DNA of 64,000 nucleotides from a virus. The stretch covers positions 1 through 64,000 of the IMG/VR virus record IMGVR_UViG_3300044611_002115. One strand, written 5' to 3'. The notes under the pieces are model-generated. The model had not been told where the DNA came from. It saw nothing but the letters and a program-made list of their open reading frames with translations, and did not search any database. Below are positions 47,804 to 58,067 of the stretch, in pieces (position 1 is the stretch's first letter; each line of letters starts with the position of its first letter). The translations under genes were made by a program, and so were the position numbers.

Positions 47804-49051
47804 ATGAGCCTATACGGAAAACTGGTGGCAAGCGCGCTGGACACGGGTTCGTCCTCTATCCTGCTGCGCGACGTAGCGACGGCGCACTTGCTGGAGAACG
47901 AGCAGCCGCTTGCGGCGTTCCTGCGCTCCCACTTCAACCGCCACGGCGCGCTTCCCAGCGCAAGCACGCTAAGGTCGAACGGGTTTACGCTTCCCGCCTT
48001 TGAGGAGCCAGCGAGCTACTACGCGGAGCGCTTGCGAGCGCGCTACGCCTTCAACGTCATTAACGAGCGGCACCCGCAGTTCCTCGCCGCCCTTGAGGGG
48101 CGCAACATGCTGGAGGCCGTGCACGTGCTGCGCGACATGGTGGCGACGGTGGGGAGCAGCGTGGAGGAGCAAAGCGCCACAACCTTAGCGGCGGAAGTCG
48201 CGGGGGTGGTGGAGGAGTATAGGTCGCGCAAGCTGCAAGGCGGGCTGGCGGGGCTGACGTTTGGGTGGAGCACGCTCAACGCGCTAACTCTCGGAGCTAT
48301 GGGCGGCGACCTTGTGGTGATTGCGGGGCGACCCAGCATGGGGAAGTCGTGGCTGCTGTTTGAAAGCGCGTATCAGGCGTGGCAGTGCGGGCACAGCGTC
48401 GCCATCGTGAGCATGGAGATGAGCAAGCGGCAGGTCACGCGGCGCTGGATAGGCAGGCACTTGGGAATCAACCCAAACTTTATCAGGGCGGGGCAGGTGA
48501 GCGATTGGCAGGAGAGCACGCTAATCAACTACGCGGAGGGCATCAGCGCCATGCCTCGCGTGACGCTGCTCGCCGGAGACATGCGCAAGGGCATGGACGG
48601 GCTGGAGGCGATTATGCAGGAGCACCTCCCAGACGCGCTCTACGTGGACGCCGCCTACCTGCTAAGCCCAAGCGGGAGGCAGAAGGGTTACGTGAGCAAG
48701 TGGGAAACCATCAGCGCCGTGATTTTGGAGCTAAAGCAAATGAGCATCCGCTTCAACCGCCCCATCCTCATCACCGTGCAGTTCAACCGCAACCAAAAGA
48801 GCGACAGCCGCAAGGAGCTAGACCTTAGCGACATTGCAGGCAGCGACAGCATTCCGCAGGACGCGAGCATAGTGCTGGGCGCACGCAGGGGACTGCCGCC
48901 CTACGACAGCATCCGCAGGCAGGTGGTGATTATGAAGAACAGGGAAGGCGAGACGGGGGAGTTCACAACGAACTTCACCTTTACCCCGCCCAACTTGACG
49001 GAGATAATAGGGGCAGAGGCGGACGTGGCGGAAGTGGGCTGGATGGCTTAG
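47804..49051 (+). CDS. dnaB: Replicative DNA helicase
   Basis: AGRPSMGKS, SMEM, YVDAAYL, QFNR, SDSIPQDA, KNREG. Confidence 0.9.
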   Translation: MSLYGKLVASALDTGSSSILLRDVATAHLLENEQPLAAFLRSHFNRHGALPSASTLRSNGFTLPAFEEPASYYAERLRARYAFNVINERHPQFLAALEGRNMLEAVHVLRDMVATVGSSVEEQSATTLAAEVAGVVEEYRSRKLQGGLAGLTFGWSTLNALTLGAMGGDLVVIAGRPSMGKSWLLFESAYQAWQCGHSVAIVSMEMSKRQVTRRWIGRHLGINPNFIRAGQVSDWQESTLINYAEGISAMPRVTLLAGDMRKGMDGLEAIMQEHLPDALYVDAAYLLSPSGRQKGYVSKWETISAVILELKQMSIRFNRPILITVQFNRNQKSDSRKELDLSDIAGSDSIPQDASIVLGARRGLPPYDSIRRQVVIMKNREGETGEFTTNFTFTPPNLTEIIGAEADVAEVGWMA

Positions 49052-49082
49052 CACCGCAAACCATTAGGACACCAAAAACATT

Positions 49083-51920
49083 ATGAACATTGACGAGCTT
49101 GAGACGGAGAACTTGAACGTGGGGGGAAACCCCGACGCGCAGATTGCAGTCGTGTGCGACAGCCCATCACAGAACGTGTGGGCGGCGGGGAACGTGATGA
49201 GCACGCACGCCATGAACGTGTTTGGGCAGCAGGCGAAGGACTGCGGCATGACTAAGGACGACTTCTTTTTCGTCACGTGCTCCCCGCCCATCCCAGAGGA
49301 GCATGCGGTGAGCGAGGGGCGCGTGAGCAAGTTCGTGCAGCCTTACGGGGAGGAGCTGATGCGCACGCTGCAACAGTTGCAGCACTGCAAGCTGGTGATC
49401 TACTTGGGCAAGACAGCGGGGCGGCAGGTGCACGGGCGCAGCATTAAGATCAACTCGCTGCGCGGGCGCTTCCAAAACCTACCCATCAACGGGAGGCAGG
49501 TTCCCGTGCTGCCCATGCTAAGCCCCGCCAACGTGCTGCGCAGGCCGGAAGTGGCGAGCATATTCAACGCGGACTTCCACCAAATCACAGCGTTCCGCGA
49601 GGCGGGCTGGAACGTCAAGCGCTACGAAGCGGCGCGGGTGACGACAAAGTATCAGTGGGTCACAGACCTTAGCGCCATCCTCGCCAACCCTCCCAAGGCG
49701 CTCGCGCTGGATACGGAGACGCGTGGCTTGTGGGGAAAGCCCCTGCTGGCAACAATGAGTTGGGGCAAGGGGCACGGCATCTGCATCCCCTTAGATCACA
49801 CCTATTACACGGACATGACGGAGGCGGACGAGCGCAAGCTGCACGCGCAACTCCGCAATCTGCTCGCCAACCCGCGCGTGGCGGTGGCGGGGCACAACTT
49901 AGGGTTCGACGTGGCGGCGCTGCGGCGCATTAACATTGAGGTGGCGAACTGGTATTGCGACACCATGCAGCTTGCCTTCGCGGCGGACGACAACATGCTG
50001 AGCAAGTCGCTCGCGGATTGCGTGAAGCGCTGGGTGCCGGAGCTTGCGGGCTACAGCGACAGCTTCGACGCCACAGTGGACAAGGAGCACATGGAGCTGG
50101 TGCCGCTGGAAAAGATGCTGCCCTATGCGGCGGGCGACGCGGAGGCCACGTTCCTGCTTGCGCAGCGCCTAGTGAAGCTGGTGAAGGAGGACAGCAGGCA
50201 ATGGACTTGCTTCGTCAAAGTGCAGATGCCCGTGCTGCGGATGTTTGTGGGGATGAAGGAGCAGGGGATACTCATTAACCAAGAGGCGCTGCGCACGCTG
50301 GAGGAGGAGATGGCGGTGAGCGAGCGGGAGCTATACCGCAAGCTCATCCGGCGCGTGCCAGCGGAGGTGAAGCGCAAGCACATTGACAAGGGGCTGGCGT
50401 TTAGCAGGGACGAGTTCGTGCGCGACATCCTGTTCAGCAAGGAGGGCTTCGGCCTAACTCCCGTCGTGTTCACTAAGACCACGAGCATGCTAAAGGGTGC
50501 GGCGCGCATACCCAGCACGAGCGCGAAGGATCACCTGCCGTTTTTTGCAGAGGACAACAGCTTCGTCGTGGACTTGATCCAATACCAGAAGCTCGCCAAG
50601 ATGCGCAGCACCTACGTCGGCAGGGAAAGCAAGCGGGTGGTGACGCGGGTGGTGATGAAGAAGGATGGGACGATGCCAGCGGCGCTGGGGAAGAAGCTGG
50701 AGCGCGCGGGGGTGGAGCTGGACTTAGCGACACGCTCCGCGCTGGTGCAGGGGGTGCGGGCACGCACGCGCAGGCGGGTGCTGGAGTTTGACGACAGGCA
50801 GCTCAACGTGGCGCTGAGCGTGCCTATCGGGGAGGGTGCGGACAACTTGCTGGTGACTGACCGCGACCAACTGTTCCTGTCCCAATACAGCGAGCCGACG
50901 GGGTTCTGGCAGCACATCATGGAGGACGGGCGCATCCATCCCAGCTTCCACCTTCACCGCGTAGTCACGGGGCGCAGCAGCAGCAGCGATCCGAATGCGC
51001 AGAACTTTCCCAAGCGCGGCGCGCTCGCCAAGCAGTATCGCAAAATCTTCATCCCCTCGGACGGATACAAAATTATTGAGGCCGACCTTAGCCAAGCGGA
51101 GCTGCGCATTGCGGCGTGGATGGCAGGGGAGACGACCATGCTGCGCATCTACCGCGAGGGCGGGGACATTCACGCAGCAACAGCGGCGGCGATTCTCGGC
51201 ATCACAATGGAGCGCTTCTCCGCACTCAAGGGCAGCAAGGAGGAGGTGCCCGCGAAGTATAAGGTGGGCGGGTTTGATGGAAAGACGTGGGGCGAGTATT
51301 ATGACTTCAAGCGCTTCCAAGCAAAGGCGGTCAACTTCGGGTTCCTCTACGGCATGGGGTGGAAGACGTTCCGCGTGTATGCGAAAACGGACTACGGCCT
51401 CAACTTGAGCGAGGAGCAGTCCATCGCCATGCGCCGCGCGTTCTTCGCCCTCTACCCCCGCCTCGAAGCGTGGCACAAGAGCATGAGGGCATTCGTGCAG
51501 CTTCACGGCTACGTGCGGGGGCTTCACGGCGCGCTGCGCAGGCTCCCCAGCATCGACAGCGACGACGAGGGCGTGCGGGGCGACTGCGAGCGGCAGGCAA
51601 TCAACAGCCCCGTGCAGCGCTTCGCGTCCGACTTGGGGCTGATTGGCATGTTCCGCTTCTGCGAGAACGCGCCCCGCGACGTTGTGCGCCCGCTCGCCTT
51701 CATTCACGACGCGGCAGTGCTGGAGGCGCGGGAGGACTGCGTGCGGGAGTGCGCAGGGGGAATCAAGTGGGCGATGCAGACGCCCCCGCTGGAGGAGTGG
51801 TTCGGCATCAAGTCTCCCATCCCCATCCTTGCGGACGTTTCCGTGGGGACTTCGCTGGGGGCGACGGAGGAGCTGGACGTGGCAGCAGCCGCGCCAAGCT
51901 GGATCAAAATTCAGTGTTGA
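49083..51920 (+). CDS. polA: Family A DNA polymerase with N-terminal UDG-like and 3'-5' exonuclease domains
   Basis: DTET, HNLGFD, YAAGD; TGRSSSSDPNAQN, ADLSQAELR, KAVNFGFLYG, HDA; N-term LGKTAG, SPANVLR. Confidence 0.93.
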   Translation: MNIDELETENLNVGGNPDAQIAVVCDSPSQNVWAAGNVMSTHAMNVFGQQAKDCGMTKDDFFFVTCSPPIPEEHAVSEGRVSKFVQPYGEELMRTLQQLQHCKLVIYLGKTAGRQVHGRSIKINSLRGRFQNLPINGRQVPVLPMLSPANVLRRPEVASIFNADFHQITAFREAGWNVKRYEAARVTTKYQWVTDLSAILANPPKALALDTETRGLWGKPLLATMSWGKGHGICIPLDHTYYTDMTEADERKLHAQLRNLLANPRVAVAGHNLGFDVAALRRINIEVANWYCDTMQLAFAADDNMLSKSLADCVKRWVPELAGYSDSFDATVDKEHMELVPLEKMLPYAAGDAEATFLLAQRLVKLVKEDSRQWTCFVKVQMPVLRMFVGMKEQGILINQEALRTLEEEMAVSERELYRKLIRRVPAEVKRKHIDKGLAFSRDEFVRDILFSKEGFGLTPVVFTKTTSMLKGAARIPSTSAKDHLPFFAEDNSFVVDLIQYQKLAKMRSTYVGRESKRVVTRVVMKKDGTMPAALGKKLERAGVELDLATRSALVQGVRARTRRRVLEFDDRQLNVALSVPIGEGADNLLVTDRDQLFLSQYSEPTGFWQHIMEDGRIHPSFHLHRVVTGRSSSSDPNAQNFPKRGALAKQYRKIFIPSDGYKIIEADLSQAELRIAAWMAGETTMLRIYREGGDIHAATAAAILGITMERFSALKGSKEEVPAKYKVGGFDGKTWGEYYDFKRFQAKAVNFGFLYGMGWKTFRVYAKTDYGLNLSEEQSIAMRRAFFALYPRLEAWHKSMRAFVQLHGYVRGLHGALRRLPSIDSDDEGVRGDCERQAINSPVQRFASDLGLIGMFRFCENAPRDVVRPLAFIHDAAVLEAREDCVRECAGGIKWAMQTPPLEEWFGIKSPIPILADVSVGTSLGATEELDVAAAAPSWIKIQC

Positions 51921-51945
51921 CAATGAATCTGCAAAACTGCATCAT
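51917..51945 (+). promoter_or_regulatory. Early-type promoter, copy 7
   Basis: TTGACA-ATGAATCTGCAAAACTG-CATCAT; -35 overlaps the polA stop. Confidence 0.8.
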
Positions 51946-52000
51946 CAACCCCGTCGCAGCACAACCGCAGCGGCAACAAACCAACAACCGAAAGGACACC

Positions 52001-52441
52001 ATGCCAGCAACAAGCAAAACACCAGTCAGAACCCGCACACGCAAAATCGACGCGCACGAGGAGGAGAGCAAGCAGCAGAAGCTCGACAAGCTCGCCATCC
52101 TGCACTTCCGCGAGAACCGCGAAATGAACGCGCACAAGCGCACGAGCGACAAGGCCCGCAAGGAGCTGCTCGGCGGGATGAAGGACGCAGGGGTCGCCGC
52201 GTTCTCCGTCACCTACGAGGAGGACGGACGCCCCGTGGCGCTCGACGCCGAAATCCTCACGCCCCAGCGGCAGACCGTGGACGTGAGCAAGCTGCGCACG
52301 CTCTGCACGGAAGCGCAGTTCCTCGCCATCGTTTCCGCCAGCGCGGAAGCCGTGACGGAAGTGCTGGGCACCTCCCTGCTCGCGCAAGTGCTCGTCAGCA
52401 AGGCGGGGACGGAGAACGTCACAGTCAAGGCCGCGAAGTAG
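52001..52441 (+). CDS. Hypothetical protein (highly expressed codon pattern)
   Basis: AAAGGACACCATG leader. Confidence 0.7.
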   Translation: MPATSKTPVRTRTRKIDAHEEESKQQKLDKLAILHFRENREMNAHKRTSDKARKELLGGMKDAGVAAFSVTYEEDGRPVALDAEILTPQRQTVDVSKLRTLCTEAQFLAIVSASAEAVTEVLGTSLLAQVLVSKAGTENVTVKAAK

Positions 52442-52496
52442 CCAACCCGCAGCGGGCAGGGTTCCATCCCCTGCTCGCTGCAACTGTTGCAACACA

Positions 52497-53072
52497 ATGA
52501 TCCCCACAAACCCCGACAACTTTTCCGCCGACGATGCCCAGCGCTACTTCGGCGTCTCCCTCCCACAATTTCATGCCGTGCTCGCGCAGTGGCCGCTCAT
52601 CGGCACGGACAGCATCCACGGCCCCGACCATTGGGCGCGCGTGAGCTGCAATGCGCAGCACATCCTCCAGTTCGCCTACCCCGCCTATCGCACGCAGTTG
52701 CTCCCCGCCGTCCGCCTTTTTGCGCTGCTGCACGACAGCAGGAGACAGGACGAAGGCTGGGACACAACGCACGGGGAACGCGCTGCGGAGCTTTTACGGG
52801 GCCATTCCGCGCGATTGTGCCCTCACGTGGATGCGCAGCTTGTCGAGCATGTGGCAAGCGCGTGCAGCGTGCACACTGTCCTCCAGCCGTGGCAATACGG
52901 GTTCACGCACGCACCCAAGAGGCCGGAGAGCTGGCGCGTGCTTGTGGCGTGCTGCTTGGACGCGGACAGGCTCGACCTGACGCGCTTGGGGCGCACGCCC
53001 GACCCCCGCTTTCTGTTCACCCCTTGGACACGCGACGCTGTAGCACGGGGGGTTTATGGATTTTCCGACTGA
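52497..53072 (+). CDS. HD-domain phosphohydrolase
   Basis: HGPDHWARV, LLHDS, HG, CLDADRLDL. Confidence 0.8.
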   Translation: MIPTNPDNFSADDAQRYFGVSLPQFHAVLAQWPLIGTDSIHGPDHWARVSCNAQHILQFAYPAYRTQLLPAVRLFALLHDSRRQDEGWDTTHGERAAELLRGHSARLCPHVDAQLVEHVASACSVHTVLQPWQYGFTHAPKRPESWRVLVACCLDADRLDLTRLGRTPDPRFLFTPWTRDAVARGVYGFSD

Positions 53073-53298
53073 CGCCTTTCCCCTGCTGCCCTCGCTGTGG
53101 ACTGTGCAGCCTTTTGTCCGCGCGAAGGGGCGCGCCGTGTTCGTGTCCGCCCCAATGGTGTTCATCGGCCCCGCAGACCCGCACGCGGCAGAGGAGCGCG
53201 CGCATGCCGTGCTTATCAAAAACTCCGTGCAGTGCGACGGCCTAGTGCTGCGCAAGCCTCCCGCGCCGGAGCAACCCAAACCCATTATGATTCTATGA
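53056..53298 (+). CDS. Hypothetical protein
   Basis: Overlapping ORF in operon. Confidence 0.45.
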   Translation: MDFPTDAFPLLPSLWTVQPFVRAKGRAVFVSAPMVFIGPADPHAAEERAHAVLIKNSVQCDGLVLRKPPAPEQPKPIMIL

Positions 53299-54314
53299 CA
53301 CAGCCAGAACTTCTCAGCATACTAGACGAGGCCGCAGTGAGCGTGGTGAGCCGACGCCCAAACCACGCGGGGTGGCTTGCGTGCTTGTGCCCGCTTGCGG
53401 AGTGGCTGCACGAGCGGGGCAGGGACACCAACCCCAGTTTTTTCGTGAAGGTCAACCCCAAGGGCATATCCTCCTTCCACTGCTTCACGTGCAAGCAGCA
53501 CGGGCGCACAAGCTCGCTCATGCGCCTGTTGCAGCACTACAGGGAGGAGGACATGGACGACCTTATTATCCGCGCCGACCTAAACGACATGCGCGTGGCG
53601 CTGGGAGATTTTGAGCAGGAGGGCGAGGAGGTGCCGGAGCGGGAGGAGCTGGACATGGACGTGTTCGCCAATATGTATCCGCTCGCGTGGGAAGTGCCGG
53701 AGTGCCGCGAGTATCTCCAGCGCAGGGGAGTCACCAGCGCCGCCTCGCTCACGATGGGGCTAAAGTTTGACACCCGCGAGCAGCGCGTGCTCTTTCCCGT
53801 CATGGGGCGCAGCGGCAAGCTCTACGGGTTCAGCGGGCGCAGCATCCTGCACCCCAGCGCCTACCCCTTCCCCCGCTACAGCAAGCATCGGGACTATTCC
53901 TTCCGCAAGGAGCTGTGTCTGCTGGGAGAGCATTTGGTGCAGAAGGGGAAGCCCGTGCTGCTTGTGGAGGGGCTGTTTGCCTACGCCCACATGATAAGCA
54001 TTGGCGCGCGTGGGTGGTGCAACCCCGTGGCAAGCATGGGCAGCAGCTTGAGCGACTTCCAGCGCGACCTGCTTATTGAAATCGGGGAGCCTGTTGTGCT
54101 GTGCTACGACAACGACCATGCAGGGGACGAGGGGCTGTTCGGCCCGTGGGACAGGCACGTGGGCGCGCACAAGGGCGGGGGTGCAGTGGACACGCTCAAA
54201 AAGGAGCTGCCCACGAAGCTCGCCTTATACCCGCAGGGCGTGGACGACCCCGACGACCTTACGCTGCAACAGTTGCAGCGCATGCTAAGCGTTGACCACG
54301 AGCTTTGCAGTTGA
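53295..54314 (+). CDS. dnaG: DNA primase (Zn finger + TOPRIM)
   Basis: CP..H...D.NPS..HCFTC, FSGR, VEGLF, YDNDHAG, DPDD. Confidence 0.88.
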   Translation: MTQPELLSILDEAAVSVVSRRPNHAGWLACLCPLAEWLHERGRDTNPSFFVKVNPKGISSFHCFTCKQHGRTSSLMRLLQHYREEDMDDLIIRADLNDMRVALGDFEQEGEEVPEREELDMDVFANMYPLAWEVPECREYLQRRGVTSAASLTMGLKFDTREQRVLFPVMGRSGKLYGFSGRSILHPSAYPFPRYSKHRDYSFRKELCLLGEHLVQKGKPVLLVEGLFAYAHMISIGARGWCNPVASMGSSLSDFQRDLLIEIGEPVVLCYDNDHAGDEGLFGPWDRHVGAHKGGGAVDTLKKELPTKLALYPQGVDDPDDLTLQQLQRMLSVDHELCS

Positions 54315-54338
54315 CAACTAATCTGCAACAGCTAAAGT
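54311..54338 (+). promoter_or_regulatory. Early-type promoter, copy 8
   Basis: TTGACA-ACTAATCTGCAACAGC-TAAAGT; ATG at 54346. Confidence 0.8.
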
Positions 54339-54345
54339 CTTAGGC

Positions 54346-54720
54346 ATGGACACACCGGACATCACCAGCTTCGCACGCCAGCGCCTCGCGCAAGGAATGG
54401 GCGTGGAGCTGCGCATCGTGCGCCGCACGGCGTCCCTGCGCTTGCTGCTGCTGCCCAGCGCGCTCTACTCGCTGGACGCACAGCGCTCCCTCGCCATCAC
54501 GTGCGAGGAATATGGACTTTATGTATGGGACGGATTGAACCCGCTGGACGTGTTTGATCTTGTCACCGCAGGATTTCCGCTCAGTATAGCGGAAGCCGTC
54601 GCGGAGCTTATCGGGGAAATTCTTCCCGTGCGCTTCCGGCGGAAACTAAACAGCCCGCAAGGGCAACAAAAGGGCGTCAGCCCACAACTAGGAGAAACAA
54701 ACCTATGCCAGAGCAAGTAA
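54346..54720 (+). CDS. Hypothetical protein
   Basis: ORF directly after promoter. Confidence 0.55.
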   Translation: MDTPDITSFARQRLAQGMGVELRIVRRTASLRLLLLPSALYSLDAQRSLAITCEEYGLYVWDGLNPLDVFDLVTAGFPLSIAEAVAELIGEILPVRFRRKLNSPQGQQKGVSPQLGETNLCQSK

Positions 54721-55763
54721 GACAACGGCGCAGAGGTGCAGCAGCACCCGCAGCGCCAGCAGCAGCAACCCCCACACGCACACGCAGCGCAGCCGCAGCG
54801 ACGGGCGGATGGGGACACACGGGCGCGGACATGCTGGAGACAGCGGCACGCGCTAAGAAGGAGCAGGAGCGGAAAGCCACGGGCACGTTTGCCCCGTTTC
54901 GCTACTACTTGAAAAAGGGCGAGGAGTGCGAAATCATTATCCTCGACGAGAGCGTGGAAAGCGGAATCGCGTTCTACGAGCACAACCTGCAAGACGGGGA
55001 CGGCATCTGGAGCATCCACGAGCCGTGCATCAAAGACTTGGGCACTCCCTGCCCGATCTGCGAGCGCTACAAGGACAGCTCCTACACGCTGTTCCTCACC
55101 TGCCTCGTCCTCAAGTCGTTCACGACTAAGAAGGGCGTCGTGATCCCTCACAGCAAGATGTTGCTGCCTGTGAAGCTGGGACAGTTCGACCTGTTCCGGC
55201 AGTTGGAGAAGGCCGCTAAGGATGGCGGCGGGAGCATGCGCGGCATGTATCTCATTATGAAGCGCGGAACGGAGAGCACCTCCGCACGCATTGGCGAGCC
55301 GGTGATCCAAGAAGGGGGCAAGGTGTTCGACCTTATCTCCGAGGAGGAGCTGGACGAGGAATACGGGCACGATGCAATCGTGGGGCAGGACGGCAAGACA
55401 GTGATCCGCCCTGAGAACTTCGACATCACGCCTTATGACTACAAGAAAATCTTCCCGCGCCCCGACGTGCAGGACATCCTCAACCGCTATGGCAGCGGCG
55501 GGGGTGCCCCTCGCGCAGCAGCAGCGGGGAGCGCAGCGGAAGTCATTGCGGAGTTTGAGGACGACGTGCCTATGGGCGACGACGCCCCTGCACCCGCAGC
55601 CGCAACACGCACGCGCCGCGCAGCCGCACCCGCGCCAGCGGAGCCGGAACCCGCAGCGCGCACACGCCGCCGCACAGCAGCAGCGCCGGAGCCGGAAGCA
55701 CCCGCCCGCACCCGCCGCCGCGCAGCAGCGCCCGCAGGGGGCGAACCGTTTGGTGAGGACTAA
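54705..55763 (+). CDS. Single-stranded DNA-binding protein (gp32-like, Zn-binding)
   Basis: EH..C.......CPIC core, low-complexity tail ending EPFGED; between primase and helicase. Confidence 0.65.
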   Translation: MPEQVRQRRRGAAAPAAPAAATPTRTRSAAAATGGWGHTGADMLETAARAKKEQERKATGTFAPFRYYLKKGEECEIIILDESVESGIAFYEHNLQDGDGIWSIHEPCIKDLGTPCPICERYKDSSYTLFLTCLVLKSFTTKKGVVIPHSKMLLPVKLGQFDLFRQLEKAAKDGGGSMRGMYLIMKRGTESTSARIGEPVIQEGGKVFDLISEEELDEEYGHDAIVGQDGKTVIRPENFDITPYDYKKIFPRPDVQDILNRYGSGGGAPRAAAAGSAAEVIAEFEDDVPMGDDAPAPAAATRTRRAAAPAPAEPEPAARTRRRTAAAPEPEAPARTRRRAAAPAGGEPFGED

Positions 55764-55780
55764 GCGGTAGTCACGGAAAC

Positions 55781-57199
55781 ATGAACACCCCGCACAGCAC
55801 AGCAGCACAGGCGCAGGCAGACGCGCTCCTATGGATACCCTTCGGGGCGTTCACACGGACAAGCGCGGACACGCTGCGCAGGCGCTTGACTTGTGTTGTG
55901 CGGGGCTTCCGCGACGACGCGGAGGATGTGGAGATTAGGAACTACGTGCTAGACAGAGACGCGCAGCGCGTGGGAGTTCCAATCCACTTCGGGCTGCAAC
56001 TGTTGCAGTCCTGCTCCCTGCGAGGGGCATACACACTTTCAAAAACATTAGGCGACGGGCGCGCCATAGCTGTCAGCAAGTTCCCAGACCCGCACCACCC
56101 AAAGGCATCCCCTAACCAAGCGGAGTTAATGTCCGCAGTGCTACAGCACGCGCGGGGCAGCATGGTGACGCTGGTGGAGTCGCCCACGGGCAGCGGCAAA
56201 ACAGTGGTGGCACTTAACACCATTGGGCGCTTGCAACGCGCCGCGCTCATCATTGTCACCAACAAGGTGCTCGCCGCGCAGTGGAGGCGGGAGGCCGCGC
56301 TGCACTTGGGGCTTGCTGATGGGGACATAGGTTTAGTGGAGGGGGCGAAGTGCGAATACTTGGGCAAGGCGATTGTGGTGGCTGTGATTCACAACCTAGT
56401 TATGAAGCCGCTGCCGGAGGACTTTGTGCAGCAGTTCGGAATCGTCGTGTGGGACGAGGCGCACAGGCTGGGGGCTGTGATGTTTTCGCAGTCCCTCAAG
56501 CTCTTTCCCTGCAAGCACCGCATCGCCCTAACAGCTACGCCCACGCGCAAGGACGGGGCGGAGTGCTTGTTCCTCGACTACTTCGGCCCGCCCGCAGTGC
56601 ACGGACTAAGCGACGCGCTGCCCTGCACGTGCCGAGTCGTAAACTTCGACACCTACATCAAGGACTCCACGGCTATGAGCAGCGGGGAGCTGATGAACAG
56701 GCTGGTGCATCACCCGCGCCGCAACGACGCGCTGGTGGCTATCATCCAATCGCTCTACCTAAAGGGGCGTCACGTGCTAGTGCTCTCCGACAGGGTTAAG
56801 CACCTGCAACTCCTCATGCGGCTGTGCGCTAAAGGCGCGCGCGCAATCCAAGCAGGGGACATGGGGCTGTTTTGCCGCTCCTACAAGGACGGGAAGAAAA
56901 AGAAGCAGCACAACGCCAAGCAGCTTGCGCTCGTCAGCGACAGCGCCCGCGTGGTGTTTAGCACCTACGGCATGGGCAAGGAGGGGCTGGACATAGCACG
57001 CTTGGACGCTGGGCTGGATGCAACGCCGAGGGCAGACGGGGTGCAGGCAATAGGCCGAATCCGCAGACCGTTGCCAAACAAGCCCCGCCCCGTGTGGTTC
57101 ACCATACGGGACAAGGGGGTTCCGCTGCTGTGCGCCTACACGGGCGCGAGGCTGAGGGAATACAGGGAAAACAATGTGGAAGTTATCGACCATGAATAA
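55781..57199 (+). CDS. Superfamily 2 DNA helicase
   Basis: PTGSGKT, DEAH, LTATP.R.DG, EGLDI, QAIGRI.R. Confidence 0.9.
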   Translation: MNTPHSTAAQAQADALLWIPFGAFTRTSADTLRRRLTCVVRGFRDDAEDVEIRNYVLDRDAQRVGVPIHFGLQLLQSCSLRGAYTLSKTLGDGRAIAVSKFPDPHHPKASPNQAELMSAVLQHARGSMVTLVESPTGSGKTVVALNTIGRLQRAALIIVTNKVLAAQWRREAALHLGLADGDIGLVEGAKCEYLGKAIVVAVIHNLVMKPLPEDFVQQFGIVVWDEAHRLGAVMFSQSLKLFPCKHRIALTATPTRKDGAECLFLDYFGPPAVHGLSDALPCTCRVVNFDTYIKDSTAMSSGELMNRLVHHPRRNDALVAIIQSLYLKGRHVLVLSDRVKHLQLLMRLCAKGARAIQAGDMGLFCRSYKDGKKKKQHNAKQLALVSDSARVVFSTYGMGKEGLDIARLDAGLDATPRADGVQAIGRIRRPLPNKPRPVWFTIRDKGVPLLCAYTGARLREYRENNVEVIDHE

Positions 57200-57686
57200 A
57201 CCAACCGAAAAAAGAGTTTACGACCCCAAGTGGCTCGCCCGCTACAATAAGCAGCGCAAGCAGCGCTATCAATCCGACCCCACCTACAGGGCGCACGTGC
57301 GGGAGGCTAACAGGCGCAGCTACAGAAACCGCGCCATTGTCAGCAACCCCGTGGTGGTTACAGCCAGCGACGTGTCCGCACACGGGCAGACGCGCCCCAC
57401 GTTGACGGAGGCGGAGAGCTACTCGCCCGCGCTGTGCTTTACAGTGGAGGAGCTGGGAATGGTGCTTGGGGGCTTAGACCCGTCCACGCTCTACCGCTGG
57501 ATCACGCGCAATATCCTGCCCTACCCGCAGCGGACAGCCTTAGTGCACGGGCAACCCGTGGGGGTTTACACTTTGGCACAAGTTAAGTCGGTGGCCGTAA
57601 TTCTGCGTGACCACTACAGCAAAAAAGCCTACCTTAGAAAGTCGGATAGCGACACCATCACCAAACTGTTCGCGGCAGTCAAATAG
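57192..57686 (+). CDS. HTH DNA-binding protein (MerR/excisionase-like)
   Basis: FTVEELGMVLGGLDPSTLYRWITRNILP. Confidence 0.65.
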   Translation: MNKPTEKRVYDPKWLARYNKQRKQRYQSDPTYRAHVREANRRSYRNRAIVSNPVVVTASDVSAHGQTRPTLTEAESYSPALCFTVEELGMVLGGLDPSTLYRWITRNILPYPQRTALVHGQPVGVYTLAQVKSVAVILRDHYSKKAYLRKSDSDTITKLFAAVK

Positions 57687-57724
57687 CTGCAACAGTTGCA
57701 ACAAAAGAAAGACACCATAACACC

Positions 57725-58066
57725 ATGAGCACTCCAACACGAGTCAGGCAGCGCAGGGCGGTCAACGCCAAAGAGGGGCACGTCATTAAGAGCGTCGAGC
57801 ACAAGATGCAAGGCAAGCTAATTGACGAGGCCGACACCAACGAAACCTTTGTGGGCACGGACGAGGCGAACCCCGCCTACGTAGGCGTTTCGGGCAGCAC
57901 CACTAAGAACCTCGGGAACTACGAGTCACTCAAAGTCTCCGTCTCCGTCAACCTCCCGTGCGCCCCAACAGCGCCCGCAGTGCGCAAGACGTTTGACGCG
58001 GCGAGCGAAATGGTCGCGGAGTTCATCAAGCTGGAAATCGACAATGCGCTGGGGGTGCAGGGATAA
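57725..58066 (+). CDS. Hypothetical protein
   Basis: TKNLGNYESLKVSV; ACACCATG leader. Confidence 0.65.
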   Translation: MSTPTRVRQRRAVNAKEGHVIKSVEHKMQGKLIDEADTNETFVGTDEANPAYVGVSGSTTKNLGNYESLKVSVSVNLPCAPTAPAVRKTFDAASEMVAEFIKLEIDNALGVQG

Positions 58067-58067
58067 C

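Noticed and set aside
50615-50910. Intein in PolA
   Set aside because: No Cys/Ser start paired with a His-Asn end and no splicing motifs
1741-55995. Palindrome as a by-product of avoiding CTGCAG/CAGCTG in LQQLQ peptides
   Set aside because: Could shape codons in that frame only; it cannot explain 8 intergenic copies, 5 ATVA-frame copies or the regular spacing
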